From positions 53,078,707 through 53,119,069 of the forward strand of contig NC_068991.1 in the NCBI RefSeq assembly GCF_001194135.2: DNA of 40,363 nucleotides, written 5' to 3'. The position numbers and the translations under genes were made by a program. Source of the DNA: Octopus bimaculoides (taxonomy: Eukaryota). Below, in pieces: positions 1-12,810 of the stretch. Below the pieces are notes generated by a model, which worked only from the letters and a program-made list of their open reading frames with translations, was not told the DNA's origin and did no database searches. Positions within the stretch are counted from its first letter, which is position 1, and each line of letters opens with the position of its first letter.

Positions 1-150
1 CTACAACATCACTATTCTCTCTCCTACACTGTCTTGCAACACGAAATACCTCGAGTCTTTGGTCTTCACGGCGCAGAACATTGGCAAATCTTTTCTTATC
101 TGCTTCCCCTCTGGCTAAATAAACCTGTCGCCTAGCTTCCCTTCTGGCAG
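1..150 (-). mobile_element. RTE-clade LINE ORF fragment (pre-RT linker), truncated by the window edge
   Basis: Minus-strand ARREARRQVYLARGEADKKRFANVLRREDQRLEVFRVARQCRRENSDVV, homologous to the peptide at 4400-4520. Confidence 0.7.
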
Positions 151-574
151 ATTGGTACACACACACACACATGTATATATATATAGATATGTAAAAGCAC
201 CCATTACACTCTTGGAGTGGTTGGTGTTAGGAAGGGCATAGAAAAACCATGCCAAATCAGACTGGAGTCTGGTGCAGCCTTCCTGCGTGCCAGCCCAGTC
301 AAACTGTCCAGCCCATGCCAGCATGGACAACAGATGATGATGATGATATATATATACATACACATATATATATGTGTGTATATCGTCGAAACGCCGGTGT
401 TAAAACGTGGGTGGCTGATGAAGGAGAATGTTCTCTATGTGGCTTGTGTGTTCTCGTCTACGTTTGTTTGCAATGTCCTGTACCCAGATATGCACCTATA
501 CATACAGGTGGATGTCGGTATGCACATACCTGTACGTATATATGCATATACTCATTTACTATTGTTTTTATATA

Positions 575-1020
575 NNNNNNNNNNNNNNNNNNNNNNNNNN
601 NNNNNNNNNNNNNNNNNNNNNNNNNNNNNNNNNNNNNNNNNNNNNNNNNNNNNNNNNNNNNNNNNNNNNNNNNNNNNNNNNNNNNNNNNNNNNNNNNNNN
701 NNNNNNNNNNNNNNNNNNNNNNNNNNNNNNNNNNNNNNNNNNNNNNNNNNNNNNNNNNNNNNNNNNNNNNNNNNNNNNNNNNNNNNNNNNNNNNNNNNNN
801 NNNNNNNNNNNNNNNNNNNNNNNNNNNNNNNNNNNNNNNNNNNNNNNNNNNNNNNNNNNNNNNNNNNNNNNNNNNNNNNNNNNNNNNNNNNNNNNNNNNN
901 NNNNNNNNNNNNNNNNNNNNNNNNNNNNNNNNNNNNNNNNNNNNNNNNNNNNNNNNNNNNNNNNNNNNNNNNNNNNNNNNNNNNNNNNNNNNNNNNNNNN
1001 NNNNNNNNNNNNNNNNNNNN
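575..1020. other. Assembly gap (N run)
   Basis: Other gaps at 9664-9706, 10676-10716, 13252-14007, 17963-17972 and 37468-37850. Most abut microsatellites or inverted repeats. Confidence 1.
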
Positions 1021-1139
1021 TGTATACACATATAGAATGATTATAAAGTTAGTGCTTATTGAAACACATTTCATTTTCAAAAGTTAAAAGATCTACACAC
1101 AAATTTTATTTATTTTTATGAATGCTTGTTTTCAAAGTG

Positions 1140-1863
1140 ACGACTGTTCCAGGCACTACTGATAATGTGTAGCAATGATAAGTTGCATCATACTGTAATT
1201 GCTGGTCAATTAATATGATGTTCCTCCATAGTAGTATCCTCAGATCTCCAATAGGTGCAATTGTAGCAGTTGAGTCATTTAGTTTCAATGTATCTTAATT
1301 ATGCCAAACAATCTATGTTACAAAGTGTGCACGTTTTACATATGTTACCAAGTACCACTTACAAAACTCCACTCTTCAGTCCAGATCATCTTCATTGAGA
1401 GCATTGACTATTCTTGGAATATAACCTTTCCAATGACAGCACTTTAAAATACGATGGATGCTTCATTTTGAAGTTCCTATCTCATGGCTCATTTGCAGCA
1501 TAGATTGTCTTGAATTTTGTCAATACATTTCTACCACCCTTCCTTGCTTTGTGGGGTTTGTTGATGTTCTTGGTCTTCTGGAATTTCTCTTGTGGACATT
1601 CTGAATAATTCCATTTGCTTCAAAATATCTCTGATTTGAGTGATGGTTAAGTTATGGTGGCAGATCTGTTTGAAACTCCCTCCTAAACTATTTTTGCACT
1701 TTATGTTTTCAAACTTCCATTAGCACTTTAGGACAAATTTCTTTTGTTCAAAGTTTAGTCTGGTTCCCTTTATTATTTCTAATGGGTTAAATCTAAATAG
1801 AAATGAAAATTAAGTGAATTATCAGATGTTAAATTGTGCATACATTTTTTTGTGTGTCTGTGT
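1140..1863 (-). mobile_element. Degenerate IS630-Tc1-mariner transposase fragment, N-terminal half (rosa/DD41D-like)
   Basis: Frame-broken minus-strand peptides TQIRDIFEANG...RRPRTS...SIHRILKC.HWKGYIPRIVNALNEDDLD*RVEFC and IVWHN*DTLKLN..NCYNCTYW, resembling WSDEAxFxLNGxVNxHNCxYW. Degenerate TIR-like gtgcatacatttttttg near 1837-1863. A gap lies just to the left. Confidence 0.65.
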
Positions 1864-2779
1864 ACACACAGACACAGACACAGACACACACATATATGTG
1901 CACCCACCCACCACACAGGCACCCCCCACAGCCAACCACCCGCAATTTAATCTTTACTAATATTATTTCTTAAGTTATAGCTTTCTCCTTCCTGTATGAG
2001 TCAATACAAAAACCACTTTTTTATGCTTGTTTGCAACTAACCAGCTTAATACAATAAAAACATGCACTTTTACTTTAATCAAAAATTTATCAATTCATAT
2101 TGATATACTCTAGCTCAACTGATGGCCTTTTGGGATAATAAATGTAAAGTTAATGGGAAATATTATCTGAGAATAGTTGTTATCTCAGTAAGTTAATAAT
2201 TTAAGGAGAGGATGAGGTTGTTTTTTTTATTGTATTTTTTATATTTTTATATTTATTTCTCTGGCTTTATTTGAGGAAGAAGTGCAAGACCTCTGAAAAT
2301 GAAAGAAGCTAAAAATTGGAAATTTGGTTTGAATAGTGGTAAAGGCACCAAAAAGCCAAGTGGGAGTGTTAAGCAGGATGAATGATTAAGCCTGATCCCC
2401 AAGAACAGGTGATGCCAATTTGATACATTTTTGAAAAGCTAATGTCAACCCAAGAGCTTCATTTAACCTGAAGCTTTGGTTGATGAAAACTATCCAAGAA
2501 GCTGTGAAGTGGGAGCAGAAGGGCAGAAATAGAGATCATTGGACTAAACAGTCTTTCAGTATTTAGAGTTGTTGCTTTATCATCTGAATTTAGATCCTTC
2601 CAGAGTTGACTATACGTACTATCCCTCCAATGTCAGAAAAAAAAAAAAATTCCGAATATATCCTAGGGCTGACTTAATTGACTCTATTCTCACAACAGTG
2701 TGCCATAGTAAGAAATCCTTTCTTATCAAAATTTAATCTGAAGTATCTTTTGCTGGTAAAATCTGAAGTCAATCATAAT

Positions 2780-2942
2780 TAACATCATCATCATCATCAT
2801 CATTGATATCGTCCTCATCAGCATCGCCATCATCATCATCATCATTGTCGTCATCATCATCGTCATCATCATCGTCATCATCATCGTCATCATCATCGTC
2901 ATCATCATCATTATCATCATCATCATCATCATCATCATCATT
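2780..2942. repeat. (CAT/CGT)n trinucleotide microsatellite
   Basis: Direct reading. Probably an expanded SINE family C tail. It explains the poly-Met ORF 2726-2989. Confidence 0.95.
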
Positions 2943-3599
2943 GTTTTAATATACACTTTTCCATGCTTGCATGGGTCAGCTGGCTTCATTTATCAAACTG
3001 CTGACAGAAAGAAATTAGGGTGTTATGAAAATATTTAAAAAAAAAGTTTTTATTACCTCTTACCTTTTACTTGTTTTAGTCATTAGACTACGGCCATGCT
3101 GGGGCTCCACCTTGACAGATTTAGTCAAGCAAATTGACCCTAGTTCTTTTTTAAAGTTTGGTACTTATTTTACCTGTCTCTTTTTTACCTATGTTATAGG
3201 GGTGTAAACACTGGTTGTAAATTGATGATGGGGAACAAACAAAAATACAGAAACATACACACACACACACACACACACACATACACATACACACACACAT
3301 GCATATATCATCATCATCATTTAATGTTCATGTTCCATGCTAACACTGGACAATTTGACAAGATCTGATGTGTCCAAGAGCTGCATTATGCTCCAATCTC
3401 AGCTTTGGCATGGTTTCTATGGTTGGATGCCCTTCCTAATGCCAACCATTTTTACAGCTTGGACTGGGTGCTTTTTTTAGTGCCACCAGCACTATTGAGG
3501 TTGCCATGCAGTTTGCAGGACTACAAACCTTGGGTTGGGAGTCAACTTTATAATAATGGATGTGGAGATTACTATGCGAAAGAAAGTGGGGGCTAGAGT

Positions 3600-3960
3600 A
3601 GGTTCTTGTTAATGGATCTGCCTAGCTACTCACATCTAGTAGGGGAAAGGGGGAGAGAGAAAATGATCAGTTAGAACTTCAAGAGATAAATAATGATGAT
3701 GAGATACCCAGGTGGCCCCCACCCTGAAAGGTACAAGTGGGTGAGTGGTTTGCAAGATTGTGTAGGTAGGAGAATGAGAAGATAAGGACAGACTATCAAA
3801 ATAGAGTTGAAGGGTGGACAAACAAGAACAATAAGCCAGGGAAGATAGAGGAATGCAGAAGAGATAGTTGTGGGGGGTGAGTGACGGAAGTAGTAGGATG
3901 ATACAGTTGTTGGGATGAGGATGAACAAGAGAGGGAGATGACATGGTTGGGTTGTTCATA
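3600..3960 (-). mobile_element. Degenerate Penelope-like fragment (probably the same family as 11530-12235)
   Basis: Same purine bias. Minus-strand PTTVSSYYFRHSPPTT resembles HPTT...FRHLQSDPTT. Tentative. Confidence 0.35.
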
Positions 3961-4039
3961 GGAGCCAGTGGGGGAGGGGCAGGTTTAACACTTGATAGTG
4001 AGGTGAGTCATTGTAACATGGATGAGAGCATGAAATATA

Positions 4040-4680
4040 ACCCTTCCACAACTCAGTTTCGTTGAGGAAGATGAGTCTTTTTGAATACCTCATATTGCCA
4101 GAGAATCCAGTTTTAGTCATCTCTTCTGTCAGGCTCAGGAATCTGAGGTCAGCTTTCACTACTTCATCCCATGTCTCTCTCTCTGTCCCACAAGTCCCAG
4201 TTATATTTTGTGAAAAGCACTTCTTTAAACGGCTGTCCTCATTCATACACATCACATGTCCATGCCAGCGCAGTCTTCTTGCTTGAACTCAACATCTGTG
4301 CATATTCCATATTTAATAACCTTTCATAGTAGCCCTTCCATGCCTCTTTCCTTTCAGAATCACTTAGGCAACCATACTGCTATCCATCTGTACACAGAAC
4401 TCTCCCACAACACCTTGATTCTCTCTGATGCACTGTCTTGCAATACCAAACATCTCATTCCTCAGATCCTCATGCTGTAAACATTTGCAAACCTCTTCCT
4501 TTCTGCTTCTGCCCTTGCTAAATAAGCTTGTCATTATCTTCCTTTCTTGCTACATAATATAGTTTGTTACTGCATCCATTTTCCCACTTTTTCCAAGCCT
4601 TTCTATTTGCATTTATGGCCCAGTCTACCTCACTGTTCCAACACCATGTTATCCTAAGTCTAGATGACTCTTTGCCCTAA
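4040..4680 (-). mobile_element. RTE-clade LINE remnant lacking its RT domain
   Basis: IARQCIRENQGVVGE...KEAWKGYYERLLNMEY joined directly to VQARRLRWHGHVM...ETWDEVVKADLRFLSLTEEMT. May extend to ~5000. Confidence 0.75.
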
Positions 4681-5699
4681 CTACAGATTTGATCTGTAGC
4701 CCTTAGTAGGTTCTCTCTCTCTTCCCCCTCTCTCTCTATCACACACCTACACTCCAATGACCATCTTATTCTACCCTTCCACCCACTCTTCTTGGCTATT
4801 TGTCTGTATTCTCTCTGGTACTCACCTTCTTTTTTCTTGCAAATACTCTGTGACACCTTGTCACCGTCTTTACCTTCTTTCCTGCTACTGCCAGCCACCC
4901 TTATATGATGTAGGGCAGCCATATGAAGCCTTTATAGCAAGATACCTGTACCTGTCATTCTATCTTAGTCTAGCCTCTCAATGTCTGACATAAAACCATT
5001 TCCCTTACTACTACAACTCCATTTTGTCAAGTGGGCTATTTCTTTGTCTTGTAAGTTACTTGGTGACCTCACTGGGACAAGTGTCACGTAAAAAGCATCC
5101 AGTACATCTTACAAAGTTGTTGGTGTCTGGAAGAGCATCCAGCTTCAGAAACCATATTGAAACAAACATTGGAGCTTGATGCAATTCTCATGCTTGTTGA
5201 ATTCTGTCAAACTGTGCAACTGATGCCATCATGGAAGTTGGATGTTAGATTATGATGATAATGGCTTATATCATCATTTTCCATACTGGCATGAGTTGGA
5301 TGGTTTGACTGGAGCTGGTAAGGCCAGGGGGTCGCACCAGGCTCCCTTATCTGTTCTGGCATAGTTTCTGTGGCTGAATGCCCTTCCTAATGCCAACCAC
5401 TCCATAGAATGTACTGGGTGCTTTTAATGTGGCACCAGCACAAATATCAACTCTGCTGTGGTAGACAGGTCTTTTTGAGAACAGCAATGCACCAGATATC
5501 TCAGTCCTATACATAAGTACAGGCATACGTGTGTGGCCTAGTGGTTGGGGTACTGCACTCACAATTGCTAGATCATGCGTTCAATTCCCAGACTGAGTGT
5601 TCTTGAGCAAAACATTTCATTTCATGCTGCTCTGGTCCACTCAGCTGTAATGGACATGCCTGTATGTATGGATTGCTACGATTTTACTTAGCGTGATAT

Positions 5700-5945
5700 G
5701 TCTTCTCAAGTACAGCAAATTGCCAAAAGTCCTCATCTCTTGTCCTCTCCTCACTGAGGCCCAGCATCTGAAGATCCTTTCTCACTACTTTGTCCCACGT
5801 CTTCCTGAGTCTACCCTCCATGCATCAGTTTTCCCCTTCCACAGGTTCTCTCCACAGTTAGAGATTGGCTCCTCTTTATGCAGCTGTCCTCATCCATACA
5901 TATCACATGACCAAATGAGTGCAGTTTTCTCTCTGTGTGGAAGCC
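5700..5945 (-). mobile_element. RTE-clade LINE 3' fragment
   Basis: Similar to 4060-4290 and 12270-12480 (gtcatctcttc/tcctcatcc motifs, KTWDKVV-like frame). Confidence 0.6.
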
Positions 5946-6115
5946 TGTCCGAAAGATAGTACCAGTAATTCAAAAACTACAGCCTTGTGTCAGGCTTTTT
6001 CTTCTCTTCATGTGTCCATGTGTCTGTGGAATAGCCAGCCACCTACATGTTAATTCAATGAACAAGTGAATTCTTATCAAGTCTCTCTCTTACACACACA
6101 CACATACATGCGTGC

Positions 6116-6151
<36 letters not shown>

Positions 6152-6266
6152 TATTCTATTAGAATTTTTCATCGCCTGGCTTAGTTGCCCTGACTATAGC
6201 TTAGCATCCAATCCACCCATGTAAGCTAAAAGCAAACCAGAAACTTCTAAGTCCTTGTATTATAAG

Positions 6267-7154
6267 CAGGCTGTTTAGGCTAAATTTGACAGTTAGCATA
6301 AAAGGAAAAGAATATCCAATGTGGTATTGAAAAATAAAAGTATTTTAAAAAATCAAAAAATATAAAGCAGATTATGGCTGGGAGATAACATTTTACTCAG
6401 AGTAACCACTCTCAGTTTCCACCACACCCTCAAGATGGCTCCAGAACTTGGTGTGTGCATTCCTCACTGTATCCTTGAGAAGATCTTTGAACATGTTGAT
6501 CTTGGCCACCAGCTTAGCCTTCATGTTACTGGTAGAAGGATTGCTGTCTTTCTCAACCTTCCCCAACACATAGTAATCCATGGGATTACAATTGGAGGAA
6601 TTAGGAGATTAGAAATTGGGGCTGGAGAAGTTGTAGAAATACTCCAATGACAACTTCTGATTCTTTTTGGAGATATGGCAAGGAGCCAAATCCTGCTGCC
6701 ACACATATGATTTTCTAGCAGCAACCTTGGCCAACTCTAGCAGCTTCATATATCTATCTTAATTGAACTAGGCCCTATTCAAAGATGTAGGGGATGAGTT
6801 CCTGCATGTAGACACATTCAGAATGCCTGCTGTGTCTCTCCCTGCTAGCCATGGCTTTGTAGTCTTTATGGCAGCTGTCTATGTCATGTCTTTCAGCCTT
6901 TGCTATGTTCACAGAGCATTGAACAACAGTGAAAGATGTCAACATTTTGATATCCAACACAAATCATTACGATACAGGTAAATGATTTCCAATATTCAGA
7001 TGGCTTCTAGACCATCATGTCAGCTAACTTTTTTTCAACAACAGTTTTAATCTTTATGCTTTCTAATGTCATTGAGTGTTCACCAAAACATCAATCTGTT
7101 CCTGAAAAAAAAGTGGGGACATAAAAAGTCGTCAGATTTAGCCTGAACATCCTG
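6267..7154 (-). mobile_element. Internally deleted Tc1/mariner element (DD37D/maT-like)
   Basis: Imperfect TIRs CAGGCTGTTTAGGCTAAATTTGAC and the complement of CAGGATGTTCAGGCTAAATCTGAC, with TA on the right. Minus-strand remnant YVWQQDLAPCHISKK...SPNSSNCNPMDYYVLGKVEK...HLEGVVETESGYSE*. Subfamily assignment is from recalled motifs. Confidence 0.8.
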
Positions 7155-8009
7155 TATATATCATGTAATTGGATGGGCATTGACTCTATTGAGTTCCTCT
7201 TCAAATCCTAAGCAGTTATCTGTTTGTAGTAGTGAAGTTAAGATCCATACAACTATTTTAGACTGACTCATTTACTTCAAATTCTTGAATCGTTTTCCAT
7301 GTCTTTCCTAACTTCCATACTTCTGCAATTATTTCAATATTCATGCTAATGTATTTTCATTTTTCTCTTTTCAGGTGTCTTATATAACTGAAATGGCTTC
7401 TGCTGATAAACATGTTGGCCTCAAAAACCATATTGGTTTGTTTGTATATGTCACTGAACTGCCTGTCTCACCAAAGCCAAGTCTTTTGGTTGGATTAACC
7501 ATTTTTCCTTTGCCAATTTCATATATCAATATGTGCGATAGTATGTATGTACGTATGGATGGATGGATGGAGGTGTAAATGAGAAATAGAATTCTTCTCA
7601 ATAAGCATAGGTGAGATTGTTAATTTATTCAGTGCCAAGGTTTTGGGGTGTCAAATGTTGCCATTGCTAGGCATGGGAAACTCAGAGTAGCAATGGAGTA
7701 TGGAGTGAAATTACATTACAGTTTGGAATGAAAAGATAAAAATCACAAATGTACATATTGTAAGTGTGTATGTATGTGGGCACTTGTGTGCATCTGTGTA
7801 TGTGGGGGAGGGGGCATGTTTCTCTAGGTATAACATGAAGAGGCATGCACATTCATATATATATACCAACACATAAGTACATACATACATATATATATGT
7901 ATATGAACACATATAAATACGTACACACACACACACACACATATAGGTATGTATGTATATAACATACTTATGTGCAGCATACCTATACACTTGCATATAA
8001 ATAATAATT

Positions 8010-8095
<86 letters not shown>

Positions 8096-8806
8096 CACAC
8101 ACATATAGTATATCATTGCGTGTTTACTTCCAGTATAGTGGTGTGGTTACTACTGGACTTAAGAGTATTGCTTGTTATGATTTACATCATGATAAACACA
8201 AATATATATATGTCAATTGTCTCTTTGTACATTTCACTATTATGGTTATTTGCAACCTCTGCATTGGATGTTCCATGTGCATATTGATGCTTAACCAGAA
8301 CAGATCATCAGGGCAATTTGATCTGTGTAACATAATGCAATAAAGTGTTCCCAAGTGAAGGTTAGAAATAGCCAGAATAGTAAAACACATGTAAGGAACA
8401 AATGATGTAAAATTGTGTTTATCATAATTTCATCTTATGAACACATATATATGTAAGTGTGTACATATACATAAGTACATATATATGCATATATATGTGT
8501 GTGTGTCTGTGTAAATATATATATATATATTTATATACTTATATATGTGCCTATGTATGTATACATATATATATATATACATCTATTATGTATATTATAC
8601 TTATAGAATAAACTCTACTACATGTATCGAGTATTTCTGCTTGCTTGTAGACATAAAATATGTAATACAGATAATAATATATGTACATATATTATTAGAA
8701 TTAAAATGTATATATGTGAATACACTATATCATACTTGTACATAATATATTATGTGTGTGTGTGTGTATGTATATGTATATATGTGTATATAATATATAG
8801 ATATCA

Positions 8807-8857
<51 letters not shown>

Positions 8858-9137
8858 TGTATGTATGTATGTATGTATGTATTGTATCATATATACAGAC
8901 TAGCACACATTAGTTTCTCTAGACAACCAAAATGGAATGTACTGAATACATGTAGGGGATTAAATTTATTTCTTCAAAGCTTCTGGTTCATTCTGTTGGT
9001 TCTTCAGAATTCAAGATCCCTGCTTTAGTGGCTTCACATAACTGACTGATCGCACTAAAGTGAGAAAAGGGCAGTGTATCGTTTACCTTGTTACAAATAT
9101 ATGTATGCATGTATGTGTGTAAATATGTATGTATATT

Positions 9138-9170
<33 letters not shown>

Positions 9171-9574
9171 TAGAAGAAACAAATAGGAATGGCTTTCTGA
9201 TCATATTTCCACTTTAATAATTAGATGTTTATAAATTATTGTAAATGCCAAAAGATTTATAAGCAGTACTCAAGTGGAAAAATTATCAGAATGCCATTCC
9301 TATTCATTTCTTCAAATATATGTAATACTGTACCAAAGATTCATACATACGTGTGTGTGTGTGTGTGTGTGTAATACATATATGTATATAAATCGTAATT
9401 GTTAAAAATATACTATGAAAGCAATATATACCAATAGAAAGAGGCAACACAAGAAAGACAAGTTTGTTTTAAAAAATGTTTTTATTAGTTTAATAATTGA
9501 AATGAAGGGAAAGAATGAGGATGTTTCAGACACTTCTGTGTTGTCTTTGTTTTTGCACTCATTGCTTTCATTCC

Positions 9575-9605
<31 letters not shown>

Positions 9606-9706
9606 CACACAATTGTATGGTTTTGTGTTGTGTAGCATTTATGTATATATATATATATATATANNNNNNNNNNNNNNNNNNNNNNNNNNNNNNNNNNNNN
9701 NNNNNN

Positions 9707-9989
9707 ATAGCAATCGATATAAATACGACGCTATTGTATAGCTTCACTGCGTATATACTGGCAAAAATGTGTGTGTGCAACAAACATGAAAAACTTGTCT
9801 TACCTTAGGAAGAACATTCGAAAATGGACAACCCAGATTAAGGATAATGCATCCTTAATCTGGGTTGTCCATTTTCGAATGTTCTTCCTAAGGTAAGACA
9901 AGTTTTTCATGTTTGTTGCACACACACATTTTTGCCAGTATATACGCAGTGAAGCTATACAATAGCGTCGTATTTATATCGATTGCTAT
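9707..9989. repeat. Perfect 139-bp inverted repeat with a 5-nt spacer
   Basis: 9707-9845 is the exact reverse complement of 9851-9989 (spacer aatgc). It starts immediately after the gap at 9664-9706. Confidence 0.95.
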
Positions 9990-10169
9990 TGTCCAGTAAA
10001 TATCGGTGCCTTGTTGTACCACTCTTCTGAATTTTATATTTTTGTGTTGTGTAGAATTTATGTATATATATATATATATACATACATACATCCATACACA
10101 AGCATATACATATATGTTTGTGTGTGTGTATATGTATATATATATGTTGAATAGCATGTATATGTGTAT

Positions 10170-10340
10170 ATAGATCTCTGAGTGGTTGGCATTAGGAAGG
10201 GCATCCAGCTGTAGAAACTCTGCCAAATTTAGATTGGAGCCTGGTGTTGCCATCCGGTTTCACCAGTCCTCAGTCAAATCGTCCAACCCATGCTAGCATG
10301 GAAAGCGGATGTTAAACGATGATGATGATGATGATGATAT
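10170..10340 (+). mobile_element. SINE family C with RTE-like tail ending in (GAT)n
   Basis: Core ggttggcattaggaagggcatccagctgtagaaac...catgctagcatggaaagcggatgttaaacgatgatgatg. Further copies at about 190-345 (+), 2900-2990 (-), 3310-3500 (-), 5060-5260 (+), 5270-5450 (-), 10440-10670 (+), 11055-11250 (+), 11270-11440 (-), 25780-25870 (+), 32320-32515 (+), 33200-33420 (+), 34330-34465 (-), 36165-36320 (-). Confidence 0.85.
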
Positions 10341-10378
10341 TTCATATTATATATGTATATGTGTGTTTGTGTATAGAC

Positions 10379-10418
<40 letters not shown>

Positions 10419-10780
10419 ATGTCTGTGTGTGTTTGTGTCTTTTTGTCTTGACATCACATGATAGTTGTAAACAAGCACCACCAGCCTACAAGCAGTGTTG
10501 TTCATTTGCAAAGTTCTGTGAAAACGTGGCTAGCTTTGAGGAAATTTAAACTTCCTTTGAAATAAGAAAGTATTGGTGACAAAAAGGACATTTATCCATA
10601 GAAAATCCATATGAAAGAACTCTGCTGACCCATGCAAGCATAGAAAATTAGATATTTAAATAATGATGATATATANNNNNNNNNNNNNNNNNNNNNNNNN
10701 NNNNNNNNNNNNNNNNTATATATATATATATATATGATCTATAGTATATTTGTATGTATATATGTATGAATTACAAGTGC

Positions 10781-10815
<35 letters not shown>

Positions 10816-11529
10816 CAGAAAGATGAGGCATAGTGATGTAAATAAACACAGTTAGGCTTGTTTAATATCTACATATATATAGATACACATAGACACATAT
10901 ATCTCCATATATTCAGAACGATAACACATATATTCATAGAGCATAAAAAATACACAATACTGGGAAAACATAATTTCTTAACACCCATCTTAGGGAACTT
11001 AAAGAAGCTTGTCATAAATATATATATATGCATGCATGCATGCATCATTGACTAGACATCACATGATAGGTGTAAATAAGAGTCACTGTTATGCATATAG
11101 CGTCATTCAGTTCTACTCTTATATGAAAACATGCCCAAATATTTCCTTGCTTGGAAACTGGTAGGGGTTGGTGACAGGAAGGGTGTGAGACTAGAAAATT
11201 TGCCTCAACAAATTCTTTCTGCAAGTATGGAAAAGTGGAATGATTATATATATATATATAAAATCATCATCATCTTTATCATTTTATGTCAGCTTTCCAT
11301 ACTGGCATGGGTTGGACATCATGACAAGTTCCAGTGGGTCATTGTACCATATTTGGCTCCAGTTTCCCAATTTTAACTGGTTGCCCTTCCTAATGCTAAC
11401 CACTTTACAGTGTACATTTTTTCATGGCACCAGCACTACTGAGTTCACCTTGTAACCTGCAAGACTAATGATTCCCATCAACTGAAAGGCTGGATAGGAA
11501 ACAGGTGGCTGCTTTAAGTGTTAAAGTGT

Positions 11530-12235
11530 TAAATAATGGTGTGTGGAGCAGGGACAGGTTTGTGGTTGTGGTTGAGGAGATTCATAGCTGCTCTGCATTT
11601 TACATGGGTTGATGGAGGAGGTTGGAGTGAAACAAAAAGAAGAGTAAATATTGTGGCGATGAAGTGCCAGAAAGTAAATTTAATGATAACATGTCCAAGA
11701 GATGTATAGGAGAGAGTGTGGATACAGAAAAATAAGGATGGGTGGTGGGTAAGGTGGGTAATGTGAGAGATAAATACAGACATGGGTGGAGGTTGTCAGA
11801 TATATGTAAAGGAAGAGTGGGGAGGAGGGTGAGGGATGATAAGAACGAGGAATGGATGCTGATTTGGAGTAGCACAGAGAAGAGGGAGTGATGTCTGGTC
11901 GTATAAAGATGAAGGTATTGTATATAGTTATAGGTTCTGGTGGTATATACAGTACCATACTGTGTTTCTTTCAGTAGCAGGACACTTCAGTAGATAGGAG
12001 AGTAATAGGATAATGAAGGGTTGGGTTAAAATTTAAAAGACAGTGGAGAGTGAGAGATGGGTACAAATAAGTGTAAAAAGGTGTGATTGATGGTGAGAAT
12101 AAGGAATAGATAGGAGTTGAATGTGGCTCAGGGGAGAGAACCCTTTCTCTGAGTGGTGGAAGGACAAGGGGAGGGGAGGAATAAGCAGGATTTGTAGACT
12201 TGGCAGGGACTCACTTGTGTGCAGTGTGTGCGTAG
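11530..12235 (-). mobile_element. Degenerate Penelope-like retroelement fragment
   Basis: Purine-rich plus strand. Minus-strand pieces LTHHPSL..IIKFTFWHF...PP..KCRAAMNLL and SASIPRS resemble the PLE linker between RT and GIY-YIG (LTYHP..II..F.HL..PP..FKR..NL). Tentative. Confidence 0.45.
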
Positions 12236-12269
12236 ACATTATGCTTTTAAAGCCTCAATCATGACATGC

Positions 12270-12810
12270 TAATGTGGCTGGGCAGGTTTTCTTGAGCACT
12301 GCATGTTGCCAATCATCTCAGTTCTTTGTCATCTCTTCTGAGAGTCTCAGTGTCCTGAGATCAGCCTTTGTCACCTCATCCTACATCTTACTGGGTCTTC
12401 CACTTTCATGGGTTCCATCTATTTTCAGTGATTGGCATTTCTTTATAGACTATCTTCATCCATACAATTCACATGCCTAAACAGTCTTCTCTCTTGCACA
12501 CTAAATCTGGTTTCTCTTATACTCAGCTTTTCTCTTGACACATTTGTACCCCATCAATCATGCACACTGTTGTTGCACATCCAGCAGAGCATGCATGCTT
12601 CATTTCTTTCTAATCTTCTTAAGTCCTCCACACTCAGTGCCAACATCTCACTACCATGTAACATTGCAGTTTATACACAAGCACCATACAGTCTGTCTTT
12701 CACTATGAGAGAGAAACCTTTTGTTGCTAACAGAGGTAATAGTTGCCTGAACTTTCTCCACCCTGTTCGTACTCAGGCTACTATGCTTTGAAAACATCCT
12801 CCACCACTGC
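12270..12810 (-). mobile_element. RTE-clade LINE 3' fragment
   Basis: Minus-strand SGGGCFQSIVARVRTGWRKFRQLLPLLATKGFSL..KDRLYGACV*TAMLHGSE..VEDLRRLERNEA, the typical RTE post-RT region. Confidence 0.8.

Noticed and set aside
2726-2989. Poly-methionine ORF
   Set aside because: It is the reading of a (CAT)n microsatellite on the minus strand, with no splice or domain support.
8138-8390. Acceptor ttacttccag and donor gtaagg with a hydrophobic open frame
   Set aside because: Every frame stops before the donor, joining to the 7540 donor hits an immediate TAG, and the peptide is unrecognised and AT-biased.
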